Of a stretch of 64,000 nucleotides of DNA, positions 8,689-19,966 are shown piece after piece (the first letter of the stretch is position 1; each line of letters begins with the position of its first letter). The stretch covers positions 32,001 to 96,000 of the forward strand of contig JBCCEA010000003.1 in assembly GCA_039030515.1 (NCBI GenBank). The letters are read 5' to 3'. The notes below the pieces were generated by a model. The model did not search any database, was not told where the DNA came from, and was given only the letters and a program-made list of their open reading frames with translations. The position numbers and the translations under genes were made by a program. The DNA comes from Myxococcota bacterium. Lineage in GTDB: Bacteria > Myxococcota_A > Polyangia > Polyangiales > Houyiibacteriaceae.

Positions 8689-11600
8689 ATGGCGCGGCTG
8701 ACGATGTCCAACTACCTGGGAATGCTTCAAGAAGATCCCGAAAACATTGAGATTTTCGAGGGTATCCTCGACTTGCTGACTCATCCCGATCCCGCAGCGA
8801 TGGGAGAGAATCCGGTGCGGCTCGTCGAGGCTGCTCGAGTCGCCCACGAGCGGCGTCGCGAGCTCGGCGCGACAGCATGGCTGCTCGAGATACAAACCCA
8901 CCTGGCACAAGAAGACCCCGACCTTCAAGCGGCGCTTTGGAAGGAACTAGGTCGTATTCGACAAGAAGAACTGCTGAACTACGCTACTGCCCGCGATGCA
9001 TATGAGCAGGCTCTTGCGCTGCGCCCGGGGGATGAGGATGTCCAGGACGCGATCGAGCATATCGACAGAGCCAGTGAAAAGTGGCGTCAGATCGCCGATC
9101 GTTTTCGACAAGAAGCTTCGAGCGCTAGCGACGCCTCGCTAAAGTCGTCCCTACTCTTGCGGGCTGCCTCCCTCGTTTGGCAGTACGAGACCTCAGAAAA
9201 AGACCGTGACTCGGAGTCTGATGCGCTCTTCGCCGAGGCGCGTGCCGCAGATCTCTCTGACACTCGAGCTTCCCGCCTCCACGTTCTGACCCTGCGCGCT
9301 CGGGGGCTTTGGGGGGAGTGCGCGAAGGTTCTTCTGAGCACCGCCCAGACAACCCGCAGTCGAGATGAGAAACGCAACTGTTTTGTCAAAGCTGCACGCA
9401 TCCAGATTCGGCATCTCGAGCAGGAGGAGCAAGGAGCAAGGAGCTATCTGCAGGTTCTCGCTCTTTTGCCGAGCCATGAAGAGGCACTTCGTTATCTGGT
9501 CGAATATTACACGGAGCGAGAACTATGGGACGACCTTGTGACGCTGTACGAAGAGGCGCTGCGGTCCCGCCAAAAAGTTGAAAACGAAGTCGGTATCCTT
9601 ATGCAGCTCGCCATGGTGCATTGGCGAATCCGGCAAGCCCCGGAAGAGGCTGAGCCCTATTTCTCTCGGCTGCGGAAGATCGATCCGGCACACTCGGGGA
9701 TGCTGCAATTTTATAGAGAGCAGTCGAGCGATGCCTCAAAGTTACTCAACATACTCGGTGATGCGCATCGGGTGGCGAAAGATCAGGATCACAAGCTCGC
9801 CTTGGCGGTAGAGCTCGCGCGCGCCGCTCAAGAGGACAGCGCGACCCTAGAGCGGGCCATCGACGCTTGGAAAGCGGTCCAGCGCTTAAATCCTGGTCAC
9901 GCAGAAGCCCATGAGTCCCTCAAGTCTCTCTACCGAAAAGCAGAGAAGTGGAATGCTTTGGTGGAGCTGCTGCGTTTGGAATTAGAACGGACCGCGCCCG
10001 ACCATACGGATGAGAAACTCGAGTTGCTGCGGCAAATGATTCCTGTGTACCGGGATAAGCTGGCTCTCGATGTGATGGTGATCAATACGTACAATGCGAT
10101 TCTTCAAGAGGTTCCTACAGATTCGGAAGCGCTCAAGGCTCTTGGGGAGACCTTCGAGGCGATGGGCCGGTGGAGCGACTTAATACAGATCCTAGGCAAG
10201 CAGGCGGAAGCAGCGGGCAGTCAAGAAGATCAGGTCGCGCTCTACATGAACGTCGCGAATCTCTGGATCAAGCGATTTGCCAATTACAATCAAGCTACCA
10301 AACCCCTTGAGCGAGTTGTTGAGATCGATCCAAAGCATCTGGAGTCGATCAGGTTGCTCAAGGAAATTTACGGTAAAAAGCGAGCTTGGAGTTCGCTTTA
10401 CGATGTGCTCCACAAAGAATACGAACTGGTATCGGACGACGCCGAACGACTTTCTCTACTCGTCGATCGTGCAAAAATCGCTGGGGACCGGCTACACAGA
10501 CATGCGGATGCCGTGGCGCTCTGGAGGCAGATCGCGAGACTTGCCCCAGAAACTCCGGGGGCCCTGGATGCTTTGGAACGCTACGCGGAGCGTGAAAAAG
10601 ATTGGCCCGCCGTGGCGGAAGCGTTGGAGCTTCGCGTAGAGCGCGCCGAGGATGACCGCATGCGTGTCAAGGTCTTGCAAAAGCTCGGTACGGTCTACGG
10701 CGAGCACATGCGAGATGCGTCCCGGGCAGCTGGGGTTTGGAAGCGGGTACTCGAGATGGAGCCGAGCAACGGTCGTGCTCTGCGTACGCTGCGAGAGACC
10801 TTCATTGAATCTGCAGATTTTGAGGGCTTGGAGGCCCTCTACTCCGGGGTCGGCGATTGGGAAGCGCTGGTCGAGGTGCTCGGCTCCGCTGCGGAACGAA
10901 CTGAGGATTCCGCGACGAAATTAAGGCTTAGTTTTCGGGCTGCGGAAATTTATGAAGACCAACTCGAAGCTCCGCAGCGTGCATTTCGCAATTACGAACG
11001 AGTGCTGTCTGTGGATCCGAACAATGTTCGGGCGGCAAGGGCGCTTCTTCCGATCTACGAGAAAGGCGAAAAATGGAGCCGGGTCGTAGGACTCCTTGCA
11101 GTGATTCTGCATACGCTTGATGAGGAAGCAGCAGATGAACGACTTTCGATTCTCAAACGGCTTCGAGAGTTGACCAGCGCCAAGCTCAGCGACCATCAGG
11201 CGGCTTTTTCGTGGGCGAAGGAGGCGTACAGGCTTGCGCCGAAGGATCCTGACACATCGAAAGTACTCGAGGCGGATGCCTTAGCCACCGGGAAGTTCGA
11301 GGCGCTTGTAGAAGTGTATGAAAGCCGACTGCAGCTTGCCCGGGAGTTGAGCGAACAGCTCGATTTACGTCGTCGTCTCGCCACCTTAACTGGGGAACGC
11401 CTCGGGAGGGTCGATGCCGCCATCGAACAGCTGAATATGATTCTGGCAGCCGACCCATCCGACTCTGAGGCGATCGACGTACTACAGCGGCTCTACCAAG
11501 CGGAGAATCGGACCCGCGATCTCCGCGACCTGTGGGTTCATCAGCTCGAGCATGTTTCGTCTGCAGACGAAGAGCGCATTCAGCTGCTCTTTGCACTTGC

Positions 11601-14600
11601 CGACCTTGAGGAACGCTCCTTACAAGAGCCCGAATCGGCCCTTTTGCGTCTTCTGAGGGTACTCGAGCTGCGTCCTGACGATTTGGGCGCGTTGCGTGCC
11701 GTGGATCGTCTCTTTGTTGCGCTGCAGCGCTGGAACGAACTCGTCGAAGTCGTGACGCGCCAGCTGCAGCTTGTCGAACGCGATGACGAACGGATCCAGC
11801 TGGCCGATCGCCTTGCCGAGTTGCGTCTGGAGCGTCTCGAAGATCCGAAAGGGGCGCTGGAGGCTTGGGGATCGGTGCTCGAGCTGAATCTATCGGACTC
11901 CTCGGCCATCCAAGGGCTGGAGCAAATCCAGAGCCAATACGAAGACCTCTCCCTAAGGACGGGGTATTTGCTCGAGCCGGCGTACGAAGCCTCTAGTTCT
12001 TGGCACAAGCTATCTGAAGTGCTCCGTCATCGAGTGCAGTGCGCCGTAGATGAACCCACAAAACAGAGCCTGCGCTTGCGCCTGGCGGAGCTGCTCGGAA
12101 GCCGACTGGGCGATGTTCAAGGAGCGTACGCTACCCTTGAATCCGCGTTCCTCGACGATCCTCGTGACTCTGAACTCTGGGAAAAACTGCACGCGGCTGC
12201 GGGTGCAGCGGACCGAAATCATGAGCTGGTAGCCGCCTATTCCGTGGCCATCGAAGACGGCGGTCTATCATCAGAAGATTCGGCTGCGCTCGCGCGTCGC
12301 GCTGCCGAGGTTTGGGACGTGGCTCTCGGGGTCCCAAGCAATGCGGAACGGTTTCACCGCAAAGTGCTCTCCGTGGACTCGCTCGATATGGTTGCCTTTC
12401 AGTCGCTGAAAGAACTGTATACAGAGCAAGAGCGTTGGGAAGAGCTCCAAGTGCTCTATCGTTCACGCATTGCTGAAACCATCGATGCCGAACTAAAGCT
12501 CGAGCTGCTTCAGCAATTGTGCTTCCTCTTTGAAGAAATCCTCGACGACGCAGTGATGGCGATTCCCGCCTATCAAGAGGTGCTCGAGCTCAATCCAGAC
12601 CACCTGCCCGCGCGACGTGCTCTCGAGAGATTGTTTCGAAAGACCGAGCGGTATGATGACTTGGCGCTTTTGCTGCAAAGAAATCTAGAGGAGGCAAACG
12701 GCCAAGAAGCGATCGATCTGACTTTCGAACTCGGTGACCTTTATGAAAAGCACCTTAGTGAGCCGGAAAAAGCGGTCGATTCCTACGATGCGATACTCAC
12801 TCAGAGTCCTACCCACATGCGGGCGCAAGAGGCCCTCGAACGCCTTATCGAGATCCCTGAGCAAAGGCAGCGTATTGCCCGGATACTTGAGCCGCTTTAC
12901 GAAGCTCAGGGCGGATGGAGAGAACTTGCTCGGGTATTGCGAGTTCAGCTAGAGGATGCATCCGATTCTGTGGCGCGGGTGGACCTATTGCTACGCATAG
13001 CGGAGGTGTACGAATCCCGCGAACACGACAACGCACAGGCGTTTGAGGCACTTTCCCAGGCTCTATGCTGTGATCCCGCAGACAGTCGTTCGCGACAAGA
13101 GCTTGCGCGTCTCGCCGTCCTCGATCGCCGAAACGAAGATCATGCTGCAGTACTCGAGCGCGCTGTCGATGCCTCTTACGGCGATGCCTTTCTACAGAGT
13201 GACTTGTTACTGGAGCTTGCGAAGTTATGGGATGATCGAGTGCAAGATCATGGGCGAGCTGCTTTGGTGTATCAGCGTCTCATCGCGATAGACGATCAGA
13301 ATCCCGATGTCGTGCTTCCCGCTTCGCGAGCACTCGAACGAATTCATCTCGCAGCAGGTGATTTTGAGGCGCTTGCTCTCGATCTAAAACGTCAGATTTA
13401 CCTCGAACGCGAACAAGAAGTGCGCGCAGGTCTGTTGCTTCGTCTTGCGGAACTTTACGAAAGTCAGCTTGGTCAACTAGACGGTGCGATCCAGGCGCAT
13501 CAAGAGCGCCTTCAAATTGATCCTTTGGATCAACATTCGATGCGTGCACTCGAAGCGCTGTATGAGCTTACGGAACAATGGAAGCAGCTCATTGACGTTC
13601 TCCAAATTCGAGAGGCTTCGCTCCCTGATGAAGAGGAGCAGCGGGAGCTCGCGCGCCAAGTTGGCAGCATCTACGAGACCCGCCTAAAGGACGTTCCGGG
13701 AGCGATTGCGGCCTACAATGATGTCCTCGTACGGTTCGGCTCAGACCGAGAAACACTCGCTGCGCTTATTCGTCTCTATGAGCAGCGAGGGGCTTGGGAC
13801 GATCTGCGCGAAGCACTACGGATCGATCTTGAGCTGGTTCAGGACGTCGAGAGCCGAACAGAGCTTCGCTTTCGCATGGGAGAGCTGATGCGAGAGCAGC
13901 TCGTCGATTTGGAAGGCGCCGTCGAGGCGTACGCGGAGGTTTTGGACATCCAGCCGCAGCATGAAGGAGCTCGGCTGGCCCTCGAGCAGCTTCTCGATTC
14001 TTCGGAGCGAAGTGCTCGGGTCGGGGCGGCGCGAACACTCGTCCCTCTTCACGAGGCCAGCGAACGTTTCGAGCCGTTGGTTCGTGCACTCTGCGTGATG
14101 GCAGATGTCGACGATCCGATGCTTCAGTTTCAATCTCTTCGTCGGGCGGCTGAAGTGGCAGATGTGGGCTTGAACGACGCCCAACGCGCGTTTGAACTGC
14201 TCGGAACATCGATCCGGCTGGCGCTTGGTGATGCATCGCTCGAGTCGTTATTGCTCGAGCTGGAGCGTCATGCCTCTTCATCGGGTCGCTGGAAAGAATA
14301 TGTCTCTCTTCTCGAAGAAATCGCCCCCGATATCTTTGACGGAGAACTGCAAACCCAGGTGCTTTTGCGCATTGCCGGCACTTCGGCCGAGCGACTGGGA
14401 GATTATGAACAGGCTCGTCACTACTACACGCGAGTCCTCGAAAACCAGCCGGAACACGGTCCTGCGTTGGACGCTCTTGAGCGACTTCATACGGAAGCAT
14501 CGGACTACCCTGCGCTGCTCGATATTTTGGTTCGAAAGACCGAGATCGCGACCGACTCAGAGCTTCGAGTTCCACTGCTTGTCCTGCAAGCCCAGCTCTG

Positions 14601-17600
14601 TGAGACGCAGCTGGAGGATATTCCTGCGGCGATCGACGCGTTCGAGAAAGTGCTGAATGAGGCCGAGCTACCCGAGGCTTTCGAAGGCCTTGAACGGCTT
14701 TACGAGAGGGCCGAGCGGTATCTCGATTTGGCGCAACTGCTCGAACGAAAGTTGGAGCAGGGAGTCGGTAGTCCGGTCGAGATTCAGTACAAGCTCGGCA
14801 AGATCAGTATGGAGCAGCTCTCCGACTCGTTTGCGGCGCTCGAGTATTTTCGAGGTGCGATCTCTGCCCGAAGTGACCATCAGCCAAGTATCGATGCCCT
14901 TGAGCTACTGATGGAAGATGAAGATCTAAGGTCTTCGGCGGCCGAAATTCTGGAGCCCGTCTTTTTGGCTCAGATGAACTGGCCGAAGGTTACCGGAGCC
15001 TTGGAGGCCCGTCTGTCTGCGTCCGTAGATGTGACGTTGCGTAAGCGACTGCTCCGAAGACTCGGCGAGATCTTCGAGGATTACCTGGAGGATCTCGAGG
15101 GCGCTCGGGATCAGTACGCCCGAATGTTTCGTGAGGATCCTACCGATTCAGATGTCTGGGAAACCCTTGGGCGCATGGCCCGTGTACTCGATCAGTGGGA
15201 GCATCTAGCAGCGCTGTACACTGAGATTCTCGAGTCCAAAGTGTTTGGCGGCGAGGACAGTATCCAACTGGCGGTTATGGCCGGACGGTTGTGGGACGAG
15301 AGACTCAACAACTTAGATAAGGCGGATCGCTGTTATTCGATGGCTCTGGAGTTCGACCCAGCGCGAACAGAAGTGTTTGCCGCCTTGGAGTCGGTGCGTG
15401 TTCGACGAGAAGCGTGGCCCGAGACTCTGGCGCTCTACAGCGATCGAATTCAGGTTGTGGATGATGATTCGGATCGCGCCTCGCTTCATCGTCGGTCTGC
15501 CGTGGTTCTCGAAGAGCGACTGCAGGATATGGAAGGCGCTGCCGATGCGTATCGCTCGGTGCTGGAGATCGACGGTTCGGATGTGGCTTGTTGGCGCGCA
15601 CTCGACCGGATTTTGGGTAAGCTACAACGCTGGCCCGAACAGGCCGACCATTTGTGGCGCAGGTTGGAGCTAGTCGAGGGCACAGCAGAGGCTCTGGAGC
15701 TCAAATGCCGCTTGGGCCAACTTTCTGACGACAAACTCTCGGACGTCGATCGGGCTATCGATATGTACGAGGAGGTTCTCCAGGTTGATCCTGCGCATGA
15801 AACTGCGCTGAAGGCGCTTGAGCGGCTGGTTTTAGGCGAAGATCATCGCCTCCGCATCACCCAGATCTTGGAGCCGCTCTATCGGAGCACGGGTCAGTGG
15901 AAAAAACTCGTGGCCATTCTCGAAGCCCAAATCGATCTCTCACACTACGCGAGCGACCGGGCGCGCTTGCTGATGGAGATCGGCGATCTTCACGAGTCCA
16001 GGGGCAAAGATGCATCGATGGCGTTTCACGCCTACGGGCGGGCATTCATCATCGATGCATTAAGCGAGGAGCCTCGTAGGCACTTCGACCGGCTCGCGAT
16101 ATTTTTGGGGCAATGGGATCAGCAGATTGCAGCCTATGAGGCCGCGGTGAGCCATTGCGACGATCCGGCTACGCTCTCGGACCTTCTCATGACGATCGCT
16201 AGGATTCACGATGAGCGTCGTGGCGACCCTCGCTCCGCGATCGAGACCTATGAACGGTTGCTCACCCAGTATCCTGACGACGGCAGTGCGCTGGACTCTT
16301 TAGAAGCCCTGCATACGATGATCGGAGATTGGCGCGGTCTTGTAGACGTCCTTGTTCGCAAAGTAGACCGTAGTTACGATCCGGGGGAGCGCGCAGAAAT
16401 TTTGCGTCGGGCTGGTTCCGTAATGGAGGAACTTCTCGGAGATACCGCCGGAGCAGTCGACGCGTATCGCCGCGCTTCGGAAGACGACCCTGAAGATGAT
16501 GTCGCCCTCGAGTCGCTTGACAGACTTTACGGGCAATTGGGATACGAAGAGCAGCTTGCAGATGTTTTGGGGCGTCGTGTCGAGCTTGGTTCCGATCCCG
16601 AGTTCCGAGTCGAGTTGAACCTGCGCCTGGCTCGTCTTTTGGAGGGAAGCTTGGCGCAACCGACTGAGGCGATCGAAGCGTACATAAAAGTGCAGGCAGA
16701 CGCTCCAGAACATGAGGTGGCGGCAACTGCGCTTGGGCGCCTCTACCATTTGCAGTCTATGTGGCCCGACCTGCTCGACAATCTGCGTTGGCGCGTTGAA
16801 CTCGCTTCAGAGCAGGCGGTGAAAGTCGAATTGCTTTGCCGCTCGGGAGAGATCCTAGAGACAGAGCTCCACGATCTGCACGAAGCCATGGCCCTCTACG
16901 AACGGGCGCTGGGGCTCGATCCCCGTCACGAGGAGTCTCTTGCTGCCTTGATGCGCATGACCTTTGACGAGGATTTTCGAGATCGAGCGGTGGAGGTTCT
17001 CGAGCCGTTTCTGATCGATCAGAAACGATGGGGCGATTTGGCTCAAGTACTCGATCGTAAGGTAGAAGGCACCTCTGACCCGATCGAGCGTAGTCATTTG
17101 CTCGCTCGGGTTGCCGAAGTTCACGAGAACGGACGTGGCGACAAGCGTGCGGCATTTGAGTCGCTTACCCGTGCGTTCGACGAGGAACCGTCCAACCCCC
17201 TAGTGCTCGAGGGGCTGGAGCGCCTGTCTTCGGAGCTGGACTGCTGGTCTGAATTTGCGGATGTGCTTGCGGTACGAGCCTCCTCGGTGCTCGATCCTAT
17301 GACAGCTCGCGTCCTCTATGTTCGGCTGGCAAGGGTGGCTGAAGTCAAGATGTCTGACCTGATGAGGGCCACCGAGGCATATGCCCGGGCGCTAGATCAG
17401 GTCGGTGATGATGCTGAACTACTTGCCGAGCTCGACCGCCTGCATCACCAGTCCCAAAACTGGCCCAGGCTGTGCGATGTTCTCGAGCGACGCATCGGTC
17501 TCGAGAGCGATCCCTCGATTCGCAATGCACTGTTGCTACGTTTGGGCACCGTCAAGGAAGTGCACTTCGACGACCATACGGGCGCATTCGTGGCGTACCA

Positions 17601-19917
17601 GGATGTCATCGAGGTGGAGCCAGGGTCGCCTGTGGCTCAAGAAGCCTTAGAGCGATTGCTGAGCCGTTCGGAACTTGCACCTCAGGTGGTAGAGGTGCTC
17701 GACCGCGTCTACCGCGAAACGCAGCAGCCAGCCAAACTTATCCGACTCTTTGAAGTACGGTCTGAGATAGCTGATTCCGATGAAGAGCGGACCCATCTGC
17801 TCAGGGAGATGGCTGCACTATACGATACCGAGCTGGGTGATCCCGGACGTGCCCTCGAGCAGCTTCGATGGGCGCTTCTCTTAGACCCACGGGATCTCAC
17901 TCTGCTCGACGACCTAGAGCGTTTGGCAGCGCGGATTCGAGGCTGGGAGTTTCTTCGAGGTGCTGCTGAGCAGGCGGTTCAATTTGAAGGGCTCGACCGC
18001 TTCACCATACGAGACCTAAATCTGCGCGCTGCGGGATGGTATCGAGAATACTTAGCAGATCAGGATGCAGCAGAAGTGCGACTTAGGGCGGCCATTGAAG
18101 CGGATCCAGATGCGGCGGAAGCATATGAGCGGCTTGCACTGCTTCTCGGCGAGTCGGTCGGTCGAGAAGCCGACTTGATCTCAGTGTTGCGAGGCTGGTC
18201 TGCCATCGAGCTTGTCGAGGATGCAAAAAAATCCCGCCTTTTTCAGGCAGCTTCTCTGGCGGAACGAGCCCTCAATGCGCCGGAGCTGGCTGCAGAGTGT
18301 TATTCGGAGATTCTGGCGATCGACTCTGCAGATGAACGAGCACTCTCCGAACTTGCGCGAATAGCGAAACTAGATAACCGATGGCCTGACTTGACTTCGC
18401 TTTTGTCCCGTCAGATCGAGGTAGAGTCGGTGCTACAACACCGACTGCAGTTGCGATTCGAGCTTGCGACCGTCTATGAGGAAGCGCTTTCAGACTTTGC
18501 CGCAGCGTCTGAAGTACTAGAGGACTTGTTACGGGATGATCCAGGCAATCCTCAGGGCACCGATCGACTTGAACAGGTGTACGAGCGATTGGAGCGCTGG
18601 GAAGATCTTCGCGAGCTTATGGAACAGCGTTTGAACTTCGCAGATACCGACGAGGATCGGATTCTAGCCAGAGTTCGACTGGCGCGACTCTCTGAGACTG
18701 CATTCGGTATGCGGGCGGAGGCGATGGACCAGCTGCAGGAAATTCTACAGATGGACCCTCACAACGGAGAAGCACAGGAGGAGCTCGAACGACTTCTCAT
18801 GTTGGAAGAGCGTTGGGAGGATGCCGCTCGACTTCTTAAGGAGCGTCACCGGTTTGCAGAAGAATCCGGTGACTTCGCTGACGCAGTTCAAGTGCTGTTT
18901 CGAATGGCTGATATTTATGCGCGTCATTTGAATCAAGTGGAGGTTGCCATCCAAGCCTACGAGCGAGTAGTCGAACTCGATCCTGCTCACCGAGAGGCGC
19001 TTGAAGCCCTGGCGTATGCACACGAGACGCAAAGAAACTGGGTGAAGACGGCCGATGTCTTGGAGAGACTCATCGCGGTGATGCCGTCCAAGGAGTCGCT
19101 GCAGGTCAGCCATCGCTTGGCGTCCGTCCTGGAGCATGAGTTGGGGGATGCGGCACGTGCAGAGAAGATTCTGCGCTCTGCATTTGAATCGCAGACGAAC
19201 TCGCGGGAGACGAGAGAACTACTGCGTTCATTCTACGAACGTGCTGGCGACTATCCGAGTGTGGTGGACATGCTCGTGCTCGCGGAACAGGACGCTCCCT
19301 CTGCAGAAGAGCGGGTGCGCCTTCTTCAGCAGATCGCTCAGATCTATTTAGACTATGGGGTTTCTCAGGACCGCGTCCAAGATCTCTCCTCTGCGGCGGC
19401 TTACCTCGAGCGGGCAGCGGAGCTGGCTCCACAGATGCGAGAAGTGCTCTTGCCTCTTTGTGATCTTTACATTTCCGCGGGACGAGAGGTGGATGCTGTG
19501 CCGGTCCTCGAGCATATCATCGCGAGTTACGGCAATCGTCGCGTGAAGGAGCTCGCCCAGTACCATCATCGTCTCGGGCGAGCTTTGGAAGGAATGGGCG
19601 ACGAGGAGGGGGCACTTCAGCACTATGATGCAGCATTTAGGATCGAGTTGACCAACGTACATGTCTTACGAGATCTTGGACTTCTGGCCCACAGGCGGGG
19701 GGATCTTGGTCGCGCTCAAAAGACCTTTCGTGCGCTGTTGCTTCAAAAGTTATCTCCAGATGCCGGGATAACCAAAGCGGATGTCTATTACTATCTTGGA
19801 GACATTGCCGCTCGGGAAGACGACGTGCGGAAGGCTATTTCCATGCTGGAAAGAGCGATTGCCGAGCAAATAGATCATCAGGGTGCTTTGGCTCTGCTCG
19901 AGCAGTTGAAACACTGA
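8689..19917 (+). CDS. Giant tetratricopeptide-repeat protein, GltI/AgmK-like (about 3740 aa)
   Basis: An 11.2-kb uninterrupted ORF of repeated helical units (A..Y..VL..DP.H..AL..LE.LY....RW..L..LL). Size and repeat style resemble myxobacterial AgmK/GltI. ATG 8689 chosen; the ORF is open from 8614. Confidence 0.88.
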   Translation: MARLTMSNYLGMLQEDPENIEIFEGILDLLTHPDPAAMGENPVRLVEAARVAHERRRELGATAWLLEIQTHLAQEDPDLQAALWKELGRIRQEELLNYATARDAYEQALALRPGDEDVQDAIEHIDRASEKWRQIADRFRQEASSASDASLKSSLLLRAASLVWQYETSEKDRDSESDALFAEARAADLSDTRASRLHVLTLRARGLWGECAKVLLSTAQTTRSRDEKRNCFVKAARIQIRHLEQEEQGARSYLQVLALLPSHEEALRYLVEYYTERELWDDLVTLYEEALRSRQKVENEVGILMQLAMVHWRIRQAPEEAEPYFSRLRKIDPAHSGMLQFYREQSSDASKLLNILGDAHRVAKDQDHKLALAVELARAAQEDSATLERAIDAWKAVQRLNPGHAEAHESLKSLYRKAEKWNALVELLRLELERTAPDHTDEKLELLRQMIPVYRDKLALDVMVINTYNAILQEVPTDSEALKALGETFEAMGRWSDLIQILGKQAEAAGSQEDQVALYMNVANLWIKRFANYNQATKPLERVVEIDPKHLESIRLLKEIYGKKRAWSSLYDVLHKEYELVSDDAERLSLLVDRAKIAGDRLHRHADAVALWRQIARLAPETPGALDALERYAEREKDWPAVAEALELRVERAEDDRMRVKVLQKLGTVYGEHMRDASRAAGVWKRVLEMEPSNGRALRTLRETFIESADFEGLEALYSGVGDWEALVEVLGSAAERTEDSATKLRLSFRAAEIYEDQLEAPQRAFRNYERVLSVDPNNVRAARALLPIYEKGEKWSRVVGLLAVILHTLDEEAADERLSILKRLRELTSAKLSDHQAAFSWAKEAYRLAPKDPDTSKVLEADALATGKFEALVEVYESRLQLARELSEQLDLRRRLATLTGERLGRVDAAIEQLNMILAADPSDSEAIDVLQRLYQAENRTRDLRDLWVHQLEHVSSADEERIQLLFALADLEERSLQEPESALLRLLRVLELRPDDLGALRAVDRLFVALQRWNELVEVVTRQLQLVERDDERIQLADRLAELRLERLEDPKGALEAWGSVLELNLSDSSAIQGLEQIQSQYEDLSLRTGYLLEPAYEASSSWHKLSEVLRHRVQCAVDEPTKQSLRLRLAELLGSRLGDVQGAYATLESAFLDDPRDSELWEKLHAAAGAADRNHELVAAYSVAIEDGGLSSEDSAALARRAAEVWDVALGVPSNAERFHRKVLSVDSLDMVAFQSLKELYTEQERWEELQVLYRSRIAETIDAELKLELLQQLCFLFEEILDDAVMAIPAYQEVLELNPDHLPARRALERLFRKTERYDDLALLLQRNLEEANGQEAIDLTFELGDLYEKHLSEPEKAVDSYDAILTQSPTHMRAQEALERLIEIPEQRQRIARILEPLYEAQGGWRELARVLRVQLEDASDSVARVDLLLRIAEVYESREHDNAQAFEALSQALCCDPADSRSRQELARLAVLDRRNEDHAAVLERAVDASYGDAFLQSDLLLELAKLWDDRVQDHGRAALVYQRLIAIDDQNPDVVLPASRALERIHLAAGDFEALALDLKRQIYLEREQEVRAGLLLRLAELYESQLGQLDGAIQAHQERLQIDPLDQHSMRALEALYELTEQWKQLIDVLQIREASLPDEEEQRELARQVGSIYETRLKDVPGAIAAYNDVLVRFGSDRETLAALIRLYEQRGAWDDLREALRIDLELVQDVESRTELRFRMGELMREQLVDLEGAVEAYAEVLDIQPQHEGARLALEQLLDSSERSARVGAARTLVPLHEASERFEPLVRALCVMADVDDPMLQFQSLRRAAEVADVGLNDAQRAFELLGTSIRLALGDASLESLLLELERHASSSGRWKEYVSLLEEIAPDIFDGELQTQVLLRIAGTSAERLGDYEQARHYYTRVLENQPEHGPALDALERLHTEASDYPALLDILVRKTEIATDSELRVPLLVLQAQLCETQLEDIPAAIDAFEKVLNEAELPEAFEGLERLYERAERYLDLAQLLERKLEQGVGSPVEIQYKLGKISMEQLSDSFAALEYFRGAISARSDHQPSIDALELLMEDEDLRSSAAEILEPVFLAQMNWPKVTGALEARLSASVDVTLRKRLLRRLGEIFEDYLEDLEGARDQYARMFREDPTDSDVWETLGRMARVLDQWEHLAALYTEILESKVFGGEDSIQLAVMAGRLWDERLNNLDKADRCYSMALEFDPARTEVFAALESVRVRREAWPETLALYSDRIQVVDDDSDRASLHRRSAVVLEERLQDMEGAADAYRSVLEIDGSDVACWRALDRILGKLQRWPEQADHLWRRLELVEGTAEALELKCRLGQLSDDKLSDVDRAIDMYEEVLQVDPAHETALKALERLVLGEDHRLRITQILEPLYRSTGQWKKLVAILEAQIDLSHYASDRARLLMEIGDLHESRGKDASMAFHAYGRAFIIDALSEEPRRHFDRLAIFLGQWDQQIAAYEAAVSHCDDPATLSDLLMTIARIHDERRGDPRSAIETYERLLTQYPDDGSALDSLEALHTMIGDWRGLVDVLVRKVDRSYDPGERAEILRRAGSVMEELLGDTAGAVDAYRRASEDDPEDDVALESLDRLYGQLGYEEQLADVLGRRVELGSDPEFRVELNLRLARLLEGSLAQPTEAIEAYIKVQADAPEHEVAATALGRLYHLQSMWPDLLDNLRWRVELASEQAVKVELLCRSGEILETELHDLHEAMALYERALGLDPRHEESLAALMRMTFDEDFRDRAVEVLEPFLIDQKRWGDLAQVLDRKVEGTSDPIERSHLLARVAEVHENGRGDKRAAFESLTRAFDEEPSNPLVLEGLERLSSELDCWSEFADVLAVRASSVLDPMTARVLYVRLARVAEVKMSDLMRATEAYARALDQVGDDAELLAELDRLHHQSQNWPRLCDVLERRIGLESDPSIRNALLLRLGTVKEVHFDDHTGAFVAYQDVIEVEPGSPVAQEALERLLSRSELAPQVVEVLDRVYRETQQPAKLIRLFEVRSEIADSDEERTHLLREMAALYDTELGDPGRALEQLRWALLLDPRDLTLLDDLERLAARIRGWEFLRGAAEQAVQFEGLDRFTIRDLNLRAAGWYREYLADQDAAEVRLRAAIEADPDAAEAYERLALLLGESVGREADLISVLRGWSAIELVEDAKKSRLFQAASLAERALNAPELAAECYSEILAIDSADERALSELARIAKLDNRWPDLTSLLSRQIEVESVLQHRLQLRFELATVYEEALSDFAAASEVLEDLLRDDPGNPQGTDRLEQVYERLERWEDLRELMEQRLNFADTDEDRILARVRLARLSETAFGMRAEAMDQLQEILQMDPHNGEAQEELERLLMLEERWEDAARLLKERHRFAEESGDFADAVQVLFRMADIYARHLNQVEVAIQAYERVVELDPAHREALEALAYAHETQRNWVKTADVLERLIAVMPSKESLQVSHRLASVLEHELGDAARAEKILRSAFESQTNSRETRELLRSFYERAGDYPSVVDMLVLAEQDAPSAEERVRLLQQIAQIYLDYGVSQDRVQDLSSAAAYLERAAELAPQMREVLLPLCDLYISAGREVDAVPVLEHIIASYGNRRVKELAQYHHRLGRALEGMGDEEGALQHYDAAFRIELTNVHVLRDLGLLAHRRGDLGRAQKTFRALLLQKLSPDAGITKADVYYYLGDIAAREDDVRKAISMLERAIAEQIDHQGALALLEQLKH

Positions 19918-19966
19918 ACTAGATGAGGGAAGTAATCGACGCTCGAGTGGATGTAGCAGTGAGATT

